Below are positions 8,859 through 17,989 of a DNA stretch of 62,866 bases, in pieces (position 1 is the first letter of the stretch; each line of letters opens with the position of its first letter). The stretch lies in the IMG/VR virus record IMGVR_UViG_3300047586_000083, positions 1-62,866 of that record; one strand, written 5' to 3'. The DNA comes from a virus. Below the pieces are notes generated by a model. It did no database searches, had not been told where the DNA came from, and worked only from the letters and a program-made list of their open reading frames with translations. The translations under genes were made by a program, and so were the position numbers.

Positions 8859-9334
8859 TGGCCAAGAAACTATCCCGAGCAAAGCGCCGTGACGCGGCAA
8901 CTGCTACGTTGCGAACTACCGCCGAAAGCGCCCGCGACATCGCGGCATCAATCCAAGCGGAAACCAACCCCACCATCGAGTTCATGAAGACCGTAGCAGC
9001 CCGCGTTGCGGCGCTCGATGTGGACACGAGCGAGTTGGATGAACTCAAGGGTGAGATCGAGTATTGGCGCGACAGCATCCCTGAGAACCTTCAAGGTGGC
9101 GACAAGTACAGCACGCTGGATGATACCGCCAACGCGCTGGAGAGCGCCATTGATGAACTCGAAACCATCGAAGTACCGGAGTTCACGGTGCCGGACCCGG
9201 AGGATGAAGAGAAGGTCAAGGCCGCTAAGGACGCCCTGGCGGAGTTGCCGGAAGTCCTAGAAGCGCTGGCGGACGGTATCGAAGTCCAAGCGGACGAAGC
9301 GGACAATGCCGAGTTTCCGGGCATGATGGGCTAA
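8858..9334 (+). CDS. Hypothetical acidic helical protein
   Basis: 158 aa, GTG start with SD AAGGAGGG 7 nt upstream. Asp/Glu-rich C-terminal half. Confidence 0.55.
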   Translation: MAKKLSRAKRRDAATATLRTTAESARDIAASIQAETNPTIEFMKTVAARVAALDVDTSELDELKGEIEYWRDSIPENLQGGDKYSTLDDTANALESAIDELETIEVPEFTVPDPEDEEKVKAAKDALAELPEVLEALADGIEVQADEADNAEFPGMMG

Positions 9335-9452
9335 CCGGCCCGGCCCGGAATACGATAGACTAGAGCAATGAAATGCGATCAGGCAAAAGGACGGTGACCA
9401 TGAGATAGACGCTACAGGCGTGTGATCAAAGCCCAGACGGGTTGCGCGCCTT

Positions 9453-9527
9453 GGACCCTCGGGAATGTATAGCGGGTGGCTTTGGTTGTCCATTTCCTTT
9501 CACATCCGCTGCAAAATCCGAGGGTCC
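9453..9527 (+). promoter_or_regulatory. 75-nt nested stem-loop in the 5' leader of gene 9559..9819
   Basis: Outer 10-bp perfect stem ggaccctcgg/ccgagggtcc (9453-9462/9518-9527). Inner 8-bp stem agcgggtg/catccgct (9471-9478/9503-9510, one G-U). 24-nt apical loop. Confidence 0.5.
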
Positions 9528-9558
9528 AAGAGACGCAATCCGTCCGCCAGGAGAGAGA

Positions 9559-9819
9559 ATGGACTTCAACGGTACAGTGGTAAACGTCATTCTTGTGTTT
9601 GTAAACATCATGCTTGGAATCGGGCTGGTGTTTGCCTGGTACTCCAGGACTGTTGCCGGTTACATCGCGGCACTGTTTACCGCCCGTGCTGCCGGCCTAT
9701 CTTCTCTCCAGAAGACTCAAGCCCGGACTCACCTACAAGAGCAAATCCGTTTTGGATTAGTCAGCCCGCCTGCCAAGAAGAGTAGCGCCCGGCGCTCCAC
9801 CATCCGTTCACGGAAGTAG
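9559..9819 (+). CDS. Small membrane protein
   Basis: 86 aa from ATG 9559 (GGAGAGAG upstream). TM segment 'VVNVILVFVNIMLGIGLVFAWY', basic tail. Confidence 0.5.
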   Translation: MDFNGTVVNVILVFVNIMLGIGLVFAWYSRTVAGYIAALFTARAAGLSSLQKTQARTHLQEQIRFGLVSPPAKKSSARRSTIRSRK

Positions 9820-9821
9820 TC

Positions 9822-10136
9822 ATGAAAACGGAAACAGGGCGGTATCTGATCACTGCCCGAATAGACTGTGGCGCGGCGCGGCGCTTCCCTTCTCTCTTCC
9901 TTCGGGATGAGTATGAGGGTTGGTTGAGCTTCCATTGTACATTTGATCGTGGCGCGTTATCGCTACACCTTCGCCCGGAAGGCCGGCAATGGGTTTGCCA
10001 GAACCCGCGCTGGCAAATATCAGAAGTAAAGATGCTGACTCGTGAACAATACTTGAAAGAATTGGAGGCATTACGTGTACCTGCTAAAGAATCGAAACAA
10101 CCTGGGAGATCCAAAGGGCATTCCAGGGCGCGGTGA
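9822..10136 (+). CDS. Hypothetical protein
   Basis: 104 aa ORF, ATG 2 nt after the previous stop. Confidence 0.45.
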   Translation: MKTETGRYLITARIDCGAARRFPSLFLRDEYEGWLSFHCTFDRGALSLHLRPEGRQWVCQNPRWQISEVKMLTREQYLKELEALRVPAKESKQPGRSKGHSRAR

Positions 10137-10491
10137 CGTTATCGTTGACGCCAGCTTCAGGAAGTCCTATGTGGTGGCGCCGGACGGCAGCCACCGCCGT
10201 CTTGACCGAGAGGATCACGCCAGCGCCGTGGCCCGCGTCCGGCAAGAGTTGGCGGACGTTCCGCAGCGCCGGCCCGCAGCAGCGGCGCTCTCCGCTCAGA
10301 TCAATCGAGAGGCTGAGTTGAAGATTGCGCAGCAGCTTGCCGCGCGGACGGATCGCATGCTTGCCTTGGAGACAACCCGGCTGCGCGCCCGCCCGTGGTA
10401 CCAGAGGTTGGCGTCAGCATTAGGCCGTTACCGCAAACAATTTCAGTTGCGCGTGGCCCGGTTCCGGTTCCGAAGCGCCATAAGCGTATGA
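10075..10491 (+). CDS. Hypothetical protein (start uncertain)
   Basis: 138-aa ORF overlapping the previous gene by 62 nt. Arg-rich helical C-terminal part. Confidence 0.35.
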   Translation: MYLLKNRNNLGDPKGIPGRGDVIVDASFRKSYVVAPDGSHRRLDREDHASAVARVRQELADVPQRRPAAAALSAQINREAELKIAQQLAARTDRMLALETTRLRARPWYQRLASALGRYRKQFQLRVARFRFRSAISV

Positions 10492-10557
10492 AAACAATGG
10501 CGAAATAAAGTTGCCAGAAGTGTAGCCATTTGCCCTTCGCCAGGCGACAATAGAGAC

Positions 10558-12135
10558 ATGGATACGAATTTCAAACTTTCAGACCTTCAGCAAGCCGTCC
10601 TGGATTGGGCTGCCTATGGCATTGGCAGCCTCATCCTGGTGGCGCGGGCCGGGTGTGGGAAGTCTTCCACGCTTCTGGCCCTGGTAGCGTTCCTGGTGGC
10701 CCGGTTGCCGCGCGTCAGCATCTTCGTGGGTGCCTACAACCGGGCCATCGCCAACGAGTTCACCGCCAAACTTCAGGAAGCCGGAATCGAGTGGCGCAAC
10801 GCCCAGGCCAATACGATCCACGGCGCGGGCTTTGCTGCGTGGAAGAAAGTAGCGCCCGCTGCTTGCCAGAATGTTGATGACAAGAAACTGTCCAAACTTC
10901 TGGATGAGGAAATGAAAACGGATGCGCAAAAGATCCGTGTGGAACCGTACCGGGAAATGATTCTGAAGGCCGTCTCTCTCGCCAAGCAGCGGGCCTTTGG
11001 AGTCCTCTGCCAAATCGAGGATCGCAGCAAGTGGTTCGACATCATTGACCACTTCGGGCTGGATGAGAACTTGCCCGAGGATGCGGACCTTGAGTTTGCC
11101 GTCCGGGTGTGTATCTGGTTGTACAAACGTTCCCTGATGCGGTGCCGGGAGATCATAGACTTTGATGACATGATCCTGGCCCCACTCTACTTCAAGGCCC
11201 GCTTCTGGCAATACGATTGGGTGATGATAGATGAGGCGCAAGATACCAACCCTGCACGCCGGGCGCTGGCGCTGAGGATCTTGAAGCCGGGTGGCCGTCT
11301 GGTAGCAGTTGGGGACCCAGCCCAGGCCATCTATGGATTCACCGGCGCTGATGCGGACTCGTTGGACTTGATCCAGCGGGCCGTCAACGCCCGGACCATG
11401 CCGCTGAACGTTACCTATCGCTGCCCCAAGGCGATTGTCCGCCGCGCCCAGCAATGGGTCAAGGACATTACCGCTCACGAGAGCGCACCCGAGGGCACGG
11501 AGCGAACCATCCACCTGACGCCCGCGCCGGAAGGGCAAGCGGCCCGGCCCTCGGTGGTGAATGAACAGTTCACGGCAGATGATGCGATCCTTTGTCGGAA
11601 CACCAAACCGCTGGTGGAGTTGGCCTACTCGCTGCTGCGCCGTGGCGTGGCGTGCCAGGTGGAAGGCCGTGAGATAGCGTCCGGGTTGATCGCGCTGATC
11701 AATCGGTGGAAGGCCGTTAACACGCCCGCCCTAGTGACCCGGCTTACGGAATGGCGAGAGAAGGAAGTTCAGAAGTGGCTGGCCAAAGGGAAAGAGAACA
11801 AGGCTGAGGAAATTTCAGACCGCGCTGAGACCATAATAGTGCTTTCCCAGCAATTGCAGGCCGAAGGCAAGACCACCGTTGCTGAACTGGTAGCTTTCAT
11901 CCAGTCCATGTTTGGCGACACGCCCGCTGGCCAGCGCCCGAAGGTTCTCACCCTAGCTACTGCGCATAAGAGCAAGGGCCGTGAGTGGCGCCGGGTGTAC
12001 CTCCTGGGTGCCGCGAAGTATATGCCCTCTAAATGGGCGCGCAAGGATTGGCAGATGGAGCAGGAACTCAACCTCATGTACGTGGCCACGACGCGGGCCA
12101 TGCAGGAGATCATTGACGTGGTGGTGGAAGGGTGA
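10558..12135 (+). CDS. UvrD/Rep/PcrA-family SF1 helicase
   Basis: 'ARAGCGKSST', 'MIDEAQDTNP', 'VGDPAQAIYGFTGAD', 'TYRCPKAIV', 'TAHKSKGREWRRVYL', 'YVATTRAMQE'. Confidence 0.88.
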   Translation: MDTNFKLSDLQQAVLDWAAYGIGSLILVARAGCGKSSTLLALVAFLVARLPRVSIFVGAYNRAIANEFTAKLQEAGIEWRNAQANTIHGAGFAAWKKVAPAACQNVDDKKLSKLLDEEMKTDAQKIRVEPYREMILKAVSLAKQRAFGVLCQIEDRSKWFDIIDHFGLDENLPEDADLEFAVRVCIWLYKRSLMRCREIIDFDDMILAPLYFKARFWQYDWVMIDEAQDTNPARRALALRILKPGGRLVAVGDPAQAIYGFTGADADSLDLIQRAVNARTMPLNVTYRCPKAIVRRAQQWVKDITAHESAPEGTERTIHLTPAPEGQAARPSVVNEQFTADDAILCRNTKPLVELAYSLLRRGVACQVEGREIASGLIALINRWKAVNTPALVTRLTEWREKEVQKWLAKGKENKAEEISDRAETIIVLSQQLQAEGKTTVAELVAFIQSMFGDTPAGQRPKVLTLATAHKSKGREWRRVYLLGAAKYMPSKWARKDWQMEQELNLMYVATTRAMQEIIDVVVEG

Positions 12136-12139
12136 CAAA

Positions 12140-12295
12140 ATGAAACCATCTATTTGGGCATTCGGCGTGGCCATGCTGATCCTCGGCATCATCATCGGCC
12201 TATGGATGGATCAGAACCGAATCGAGTACTGGCAAGTGGAAGCGCAAAACCGCCAGACACTTCTGGACAGTATCTATAGGAGTCACTTACAATGA
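12140..12295 (+). CDS. Small membrane protein
   Basis: 51 aa, 'IWAFGVAMLILGIIIGLW' TM segment. Confidence 0.4.
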   Translation: MKPSIWAFGVAMLILGIIIGLWMDQNRIEYWQVEAQNRQTLLDSIYRSHLQ

Positions 12296-12327
12296 AAGCA
12301 GAGCATAAGGCTGCTCACATTTAGGAT

Positions 12328-12618
12328 GTGGTCATCTATGAACTCATCCATCAAGGTAACACTTTCCTCAGTACCATTCAGGACGCCCTCGCGGCATTCC
12401 CGCGCAAAGTAGTTCACGCCAAGCTGGCGCAGATGATCTATAAAGGACGGCTGCTGGGATGTGCTTGTGGGTGCCGTGGGGACTTCTCTATCCCACCCAC
12501 ACCCGAAGCGGGCCGGGCCGCGCGCCAACGCCGATTGGCCGCCAAGGTCCGTCTGAGCCAAGACTCTTGGTGGCCACTAAATTGGCGAGAGCAGTTGTAC
12601 ACTGCCAAGGAAAGCTGA
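12328..12618 (+). CDS. Hypothetical protein (possible winged-helix)
   Basis: 96 aa, GTG start, 'GCACGCRGD'. Confidence 0.4.
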   Translation: MVIYELIHQGNTFLSTIQDALAAFPRKVVHAKLAQMIYKGRLLGCACGCRGDFSIPPTPEAGRAARQRRLAAKVRLSQDSWWPLNWREQLYTAKES

Positions 12619-13316
12619 TGTTCAAAATCACCTTACGGATCACGGCCCGATGCCCTCGGCACCGGCGCTATAATCCCGAGAGGGATGGCCTAAACTATAG
12701 GTCAGTATGCGTAGGGTGCCAGATGGCGCATACTACCTATATGAAGGTGATGGAGTTGAGACGTTTTCTGGCAACTGGAATAGAAGAGAAAGGACTGATT
12801 ACCGTGGAACAAAAGGACTGGAACCATGGTCCCACTGAATGCGCCAACGCGGAGTGCAAGAAGGACCTGCGCGCCGTCAACCCCATTTACGCCATCCGAG
12901 GGAAAGAGATTGGCTTCTGCTCTCAGGCCTGCCGGGCCACGCTTACCGGAGAACAAGTCAAGACCGCGCCGGCAATGCCTGACGCGGGCGCTGTCGATAC
13001 TCCGGCACCCGCGCCCAAAGGGAAAGGCAAGGCCATCCCACCCGCCGCGCCCGCACCCAAGGGTAAGGCCGGCAAGACGGCACCCCAGGCAGACGCGCCC
13101 AAGCGGACCCGGACGGTGGTATCTGCCACCGCCACCCTCCACATCACCCGGACGGATCACAAGTTTCATGGCAGCCGTGAAGTGGCCTGGGGAATGGTCA
13201 AAGAAGGGATGCTGCTCCAGGCATTCTATGACCAATGCGACAAGGCCGGCATCAACGGCAAGGCCGTCTTGTCCAAGATCATGGGCGCGGGCAAGTGCGT
13301 GGAGATACGTGGATGA
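12618..13316 (+). CDS. Hypothetical zinc-finger protein with a Pro/Ala/Lys-rich linker
   Basis: 232 aa from ATG 12618. 'CVGCQ', 'ECANAECKK...GFCSQAC' (FCS-like), 'PAPAPKGKGKAIPPAAPAPKGKAGK'. Confidence 0.5.
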   Translation: MFKITLRITARCPRHRRYNPERDGLNYRSVCVGCQMAHTTYMKVMELRRFLATGIEEKGLITVEQKDWNHGPTECANAECKKDLRAVNPIYAIRGKEIGFCSQACRATLTGEQVKTAPAMPDAGAVDTPAPAPKGKGKAIPPAAPAPKGKAGKTAPQADAPKRTRTVVSATATLHITRTDHKFHGSREVAWGMVKEGMLLQAFYDQCDKAGINGKAVLSKIMGAGKCVEIRG

Positions 13317-13633
13317 ACGGCCAAAACCCAAAGCCCGGTGACCGGCTGCTGGTGGCTTTCGCGGATGATAACATCCAAGCGGCAACGGTACTTCAATATG
13401 AGGAAGTCCCGTTGCCGGGCGCGTGTGACATGGCAACAGAATATCTGATGCTGGACATCGAGGGATACGGCAACCACACGCTTACTCGCCACAGCATACT
13501 GCCCGAGACGGATCAGGAATGGTGCGTGACTACGCTGGAGGATGAGCCAATGGTGTATGTTTTCCCAGACGGCCCGGACCCAAAGGTGTTCATCCGCCGT
13601 ATCATCGAGGAACTGAATGCCAATCGAGGTTAG
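13313..13633 (+). CDS. Hypothetical protein
   Basis: 106 aa from ATG 13313 (ATGA overlap). Confidence 0.45.
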   Translation: MNGQNPKPGDRLLVAFADDNIQAATVLQYEEVPLPGACDMATEYLMLDIEGYGNHTLTRHSILPETDQEWCVTTLEDEPMVYVFPDGPDPKVFIRRIIEELNANRG

Positions 13634-15413
13634 ACCGTACCGGGTTGGTACTCGGGAGAGTAGCAACTGTATTATGAACGCCACCGAGCGCCCGTTGCGC
13701 ACCGAGACATTCACCCTCATGTCCCAACTGCCCGGATTCAAGCAATGGGAAGGTTACAGCCTCATCTTCCGGCCCACTGGTGCCAACCTCAAGTACATCC
13801 GCGATACCTTCCCAGGAGTTCAATGGCTGGAAGGAACCCTCGCGCACCTAGACAAGATAGCCAGCGCCGAAGTAGAGGCAACCCAGACCATGCGGATGAA
13901 GACAGGCCCGCTACCTCCGCTCAAACGGGATAGCTACCAATACAAGCGCCTTCCTCGGGACCACCAGCGCCGGGCGCTACTGATGTCATGGAACAAGAAA
14001 GCATTTGCCCTATTGATGGAGCAGCGAACAGGCAAGACCAAAGTGGTCATTGATAATGCGGCGCATTTGTTCAAGCTATCCAAGCTGGACACTTTGGTCA
14101 TTGTTACGTTAAATGGCGTTCACCGTAACTGGATTGATAATGAGATCCCGCTGGACTTGCCGGATTGGTGCCACTATGAGGCATACTTTCAGCGCGGGTC
14201 TCACACTAAGAAACAGCAACTACAATTCGAGCGAGTCCTAAGTGCCACCAATCGGTTGCGCATCTTTGCCTTTAACATCGAGGCACTCAGCCGTGATGGA
14301 CGGGCGCGTGATCTATTTGAGACGGCAATGGGAACGGGCGCGGGCGTGATGCTGGCAATTGATGAATCGGCGGATTGTATCAAGAACTACGATGCCAAGC
14401 GCACCAAGTATCTGATCAAGTTTGGTGGCCGTGCCGAGTACCGCCGCATACTTACCGGAACGCAAGCGCCCGAAGGCAGGCCGGATGAACTCTTCCCTCA
14501 GTACAAGTTCCTCAACCCGGACATTCTTGGCTATGATACCATCACCACTTACCGGGCGCACTTCTGTGTCACGCGCACAATTGAAACCGGCCCTGATACC
14601 AAAACGGTCATCGTTGTTCCGGGCTGTCGCAATCTGGAAGAGTTACAAGCCCTCATAGATCCACATAGCTTCCGGGTCCGAAGGGCTGATTGTATGGACC
14701 TTCCACCCAAGATATACAAACGCTGGCCTGTGGAGCTATCCCCAGAGCAGAAGCGATTGTACAAGGAACTGCGCGATGAGTACATCACCGAGTTAGAAGG
14801 CGCAACGCTGTCCGCGCCGATGGCCATGACCCGGCTGATGCGATTGCAGCAGATAGTTTGTGGATGGTTCCCGATGACTGAAAATGAATTGGTTGCCGGA
14901 GAAACATGGCGAAACGTCCGGGCAATTGGAAAGACAAACCCACGGTTGGAAGCGTTGGATGATATTCTCCGCACCCACCCGGACAAAGCCATCATCTGGG
15001 CACGGTTCCGGCCTGACCTAGAGGCTATCCAAAAACGCCTGGGCAATCGCGCCGTCAGTTATCATGGCGGCATTGACGGAGAGCAGAAAGCCAAGAACTA
15101 TCGGGCCTTCCAAAATGACCCGGCAATCAATTGGCTAGTAGCGAATCAATCCAGCGCCGGGCGCGGGCTTACCCTTACTGCAGCCACTATGTTGGTTTAC
15201 TACAGCAACAGCTTCCGTCTGGCGGACCGCACTCAATCCGAAGATCGGCCTGAAGGGGATGAACGGAAGAGGGATTCAACCTTGGTAATTGACTTGGAGA
15301 CGCCCGGCACCGTTGATTCTCGGATCATTCGCTCACTAAAGGGTAAGAAGGATATGGCGGACCTAATCAACCGTGATCCCAAGACTCTCTTCATGGACAA
15401 AGATGATGACTGA
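13617..15413 (+). CDS. SNF2/RAD54-family DNA-dependent ATPase
   Basis: 'MEQRTGKT' (I), 'LAIDESADCIKN' (II), 'LTGTQAP' (III), 'NQSSAGRGLTLT' (VI). The start may be 13674 instead. Confidence 0.85.
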   Translation: MPIEVRPYRVGTRESSNCIMNATERPLRTETFTLMSQLPGFKQWEGYSLIFRPTGANLKYIRDTFPGVQWLEGTLAHLDKIASAEVEATQTMRMKTGPLPPLKRDSYQYKRLPRDHQRRALLMSWNKKAFALLMEQRTGKTKVVIDNAAHLFKLSKLDTLVIVTLNGVHRNWIDNEIPLDLPDWCHYEAYFQRGSHTKKQQLQFERVLSATNRLRIFAFNIEALSRDGRARDLFETAMGTGAGVMLAIDESADCIKNYDAKRTKYLIKFGGRAEYRRILTGTQAPEGRPDELFPQYKFLNPDILGYDTITTYRAHFCVTRTIETGPDTKTVIVVPGCRNLEELQALIDPHSFRVRRADCMDLPPKIYKRWPVELSPEQKRLYKELRDEYITELEGATLSAPMAMTRLMRLQQIVCGWFPMTENELVAGETWRNVRAIGKTNPRLEALDDILRTHPDKAIIWARFRPDLEAIQKRLGNRAVSYHGGIDGEQKAKNYRAFQNDPAINWLVANQSSAGRGLTLTAATMLVYYSNSFRLADRTQSEDRPEGDERKRDSTLVIDLETPGTVDSRIIRSLKGKKDMADLINRDPKTLFMDKDDD

Positions 15414-15696
15414 AACTGCTTTCAAATCCTGTCTCCAGATCCTGAATGGGGAACTATCGACAAGATCCGTTTTCAGCGGCAAGGTGGCAGGGGAACAAAA
15501 GACAGACTTCACCCGCCTAGCCATCGGCTTGACGGCGGGCGCGGCGCTGAGTCGCGACATCATAGAGCATCACATCCGGCTGGCAGTAGAAAGTACCTTT
15601 CCGCAGTCGCAGATTATCGGGATGGCATTTTGTGGCGCGGGAATGGATGAGTTGGTGCTGGTGGTAATTGTTAGCATGAGTGCCGGCCCATTATGA
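15403..15696 (+). CDS. Hypothetical protein
   Basis: 97 aa from ATG 15403, overlapping the SNF2 stop. Confidence 0.4.
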   Translation: MMTETAFKSCLQILNGELSTRSVFSGKVAGEQKTDFTRLAIGLTAGAALSRDIIEHHIRLAVESTFPQSQIIGMAFCGAGMDELVLVVIVSMSAGPL

Positions 15697-15770
15697 TTGA
15701 TCATTGCGCGGCAAGTCCTTCAGGACACCGATGCCCGCGCCAGGGTATCCTATCCGGTAAGGACACGGGC

Positions 15771-16361
15771 ATGATCATTTTCTTCGACACCGAGACCACC
15801 GGCAAATTGGACTTCCGAGCGCCCGCCGAAGCGCCACAACAACCGGACCTAGTTCAGTTGGCTGCCTGCCTAATGGATGATGAGGCAGAGCGAGTCTTTG
15901 GCCAAATCAATTTCATCATCCTTCCCAACGGGTTCACCATCCCTTCGGAGGTTGCCGCCATCCACGGCATCAGCCAAGAGATTGCCTTAGAAGTAGGGCA
16001 ACCGCGCCGAACCGCATTGAGCGCCTTCAACCACATGTGCCGATGCGCCAAGGACCTAGTTGCCTACAACGTGGACTTCGATTATGCCGTTATGCTCACA
16101 GCCTACCATCGTGAGGGCGTCCGCCATCGCATGGACTCTCTCACCCGTCTTTGCGCCATGCGCCGCGCCACGCCCATCGTGAAGCTGCCCAAACCCAAAG
16201 GCTGGCGACCTAGGCCGGGCGATGAATATAAATGGCCCACACTTACGGAAGCCCACTCCCACTTTTTTGGCCATGGTTTCGACGGCGCGCACAACGCGAT
16301 GAACGATGTCACCGCCCTCGTGGCCGTTTGGCGCCAAATTCGGCAGGCCGAATCCCTCTAA
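15771..16361 (+). CDS. DnaQ-like DEDDh 3'-5' exonuclease (copy 2)
   Basis: 'IIFFDTETTG', 'VAYNVDFDYAVM', 'HNAMNDVTAL'. Start set at MIIFFDTETTG. Confidence 0.85.
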   Translation: MIIFFDTETTGKLDFRAPAEAPQQPDLVQLAACLMDDEAERVFGQINFIILPNGFTIPSEVAAIHGISQEIALEVGQPRRTALSAFNHMCRCAKDLVAYNVDFDYAVMLTAYHREGVRHRMDSLTRLCAMRRATPIVKLPKPKGWRPRPGDEYKWPTLTEAHSHFFGHGFDGAHNAMNDVTALVAVWRQIRQAESL

Positions 16362-16576
16362 AACGCCCTAGGAATCCCCACAGAGCCAAGCCAGGCAGCG
16401 CCCGCGCCCGCCCGTCCAAGGGTTCGGATGCCCGGCTGGCCGAAGGGCTGCAATGGGCTAGAATGGCCAAATAATGAACAAGCCCACCTTTATCCATATA
16501 AGTTATTGATTCTAAAGGGAAAATAAATAGTGAAATATAGTAGACTTTCACCCTGCGCCATTCGACAATAGGAGGT

Positions 16577-16975
16577 ATGAAGACCTTCAAAGAAGTGAAA
16601 GCAGAAACCAAGGCCGTTGGAATGTCCGTTCGCAAGACTCCTGATGGAGAGTTCCGGGTGAACTTTCCGAACGGCGCGGAATCCACCGCCTACTACACCG
16701 CCGATGCGCAAGACGCCATCAACACCGCCCGCGCCATGAAGGGCGTGACGGTGTTCGATATGCGGGTGGAAATTTTCGACGGCAAGGAACTGGATGCCTG
16801 TGAGGCTTTCGCCGATGCCCACCCCAACGGCCACGTTGTCGATTCGAGGGATGACCAGTACATTTACGTTCACGCCAACCAGCCCATCTCTCTCGCTCAA
16901 GCCCAACGGTGGATTGCCCTTTATCAGCGGGCCATCGAGTTCATGGCCCTAGTCGAGAGCATCTTCAGCCGGTAA
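16577..16975 (+). CDS. Hypothetical protein
   Basis: 132 aa, SD AGGAGG 4 nt upstream. First gene after a 215-nt intergenic region. Confidence 0.55.
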   Translation: MKTFKEVKAETKAVGMSVRKTPDGEFRVNFPNGAESTAYYTADAQDAINTARAMKGVTVFDMRVEIFDGKELDACEAFADAHPNGHVVDSRDDQYIYVHANQPISLAQAQRWIALYQRAIEFMALVESIFSR

Positions 16976-16984
16976 AGGAACGTC

Positions 16985-17989
16985 ATGGAAAACCAAACTC
17001 ACACCCCAGAACAAGACAACGTCATCCGCAAGATTCAGAAGCTGCTTGCCCTCGGGCAATCTCCCAATGAGGCAGAAGCGGCCCTGGCCATGGCGCGGGC
17101 GCAAGAACTTCTGGCCAAACACAATCTGGAATTTGCCGTGGTAACGGCAACAGCAGTGGCGGGCGGTACGGTAGCGCCGGCAGAAGAGAAGCGAGAAAAG
17201 GCGAAGGTCAGCCGGTCAGCCCAGTATCGGTGGCAACGGGACATGTGGGCTGCGATTGCTGAAGCTAACTTCTGCTGGCACTGGATCACGGATGTGTTCG
17301 AGGGCAAGCGTGGCGTTGGGCGCATGAGCAAGGTCCCGGTAAAGCGCCATATGATCCTGGGAAGGGAATCGAACGTCATTGCCGTCCGGTTGATGGGCGA
17401 ATACCTGGAGGATACCATGGAGCGCCTGCTGCCCTTTCCGAACAGCGAACGGATGAGCAGGGCCGCCAATTCCTGGAAGTCCGGGTGTGCGGAACGTCTA
17501 GTGGAACGGATTCAGCTTCAGGCAGAGCAGAGAAAGGCCGATTCTGATGCTTGCAAGCCCACGGGCGCAACTACCGCCCTAGTGCTGAGGGATGTCTATA
17601 CCAGCGAGTACCAGGCCAACTATGACGCCTGCTATGGCGCTGGGCACTATGCTCAACGGATGCTGGCGGACGCGGAATGGGAAGCGGAGCGAGAGGAAAG
17701 GGAAGCCCAGGCCGTCCTAGACCGTGAGAAGGCGGAAAGGGAATGGCTGGAATACCTCCAGGCAGAAACGCCCGCCCAAAAGAAGACCCGTGAGACCAAG
17801 GAAGCCAAGGAGCGCCGGGCAAATGAGAACCGGCAGGCGCGACAGTACTGGACCTGGGACAACGAGCGCCGGAAGGAAGCGGGCCGGATAGATTACTCAG
17901 CCTATCGGTCAGGCCGGCAAGTGGCTGAGACCATCAACCTCGGTGCTCAGGTGAAGGAAGGCAATCGCAAGGATCGGAGTCTAAGCTAA
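16985..17989 (+). CDS. DUF2786-like protein with a charged coiled-coil C-terminus
   Basis: N-terminus 'IRKIQKLLALGQSPNEAEAALAMARAQELLAKHNL' is the typical DUF2786 signature. Glu/Arg-rich tail. Confidence 0.6.
   Translation: MENQTHTPEQDNVIRKIQKLLALGQSPNEAEAALAMARAQELLAKHNLEFAVVTATAVAGGTVAPAEEKREKAKVSRSAQYRWQRDMWAAIAEANFCWHWITDVFEGKRGVGRMSKVPVKRHMILGRESNVIAVRLMGEYLEDTMERLLPFPNSERMSRAANSWKSGCAERLVERIQLQAEQRKADSDACKPTGATTALVLRDVYTSEYQANYDACYGAGHYAQRMLADAEWEAEREEREAQAVLDREKAEREWLEYLQAETPAQKKTRETKEAKERRANENRQARQYWTWDNERRKEAGRIDYSAYRSGRQVAETINLGAQVKEGNRKDRSLS

Noticed and set aside
10579-11538. 319-aa ORF antisense to the UvrD-like helicase
   Set aside because: It lies entirely inside a gene with a full set of SF1 helicase motifs. 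Its Arg/Gly/Pro-rich composition is typical of antisense frames in GC-rich DNA.
12702-13436. 244-aa antisense ORF (plus 12826..13341 and 13226..13741)
   Set aside because: It overlaps the tightly coupled plus-strand genes 12618..13316 and 13313..13633. It is low-complexity and Gly/Arg/Pro-rich, with no SD.
16431-16439. tRNA T-loop-like GGTTCGGAT
   Set aside because: The flanking bases cannot form a T stem (caagg versus gcccg). There is no acceptor or anticodon arm, and position 58 is G. I saw no tRNA in any intergenic region.
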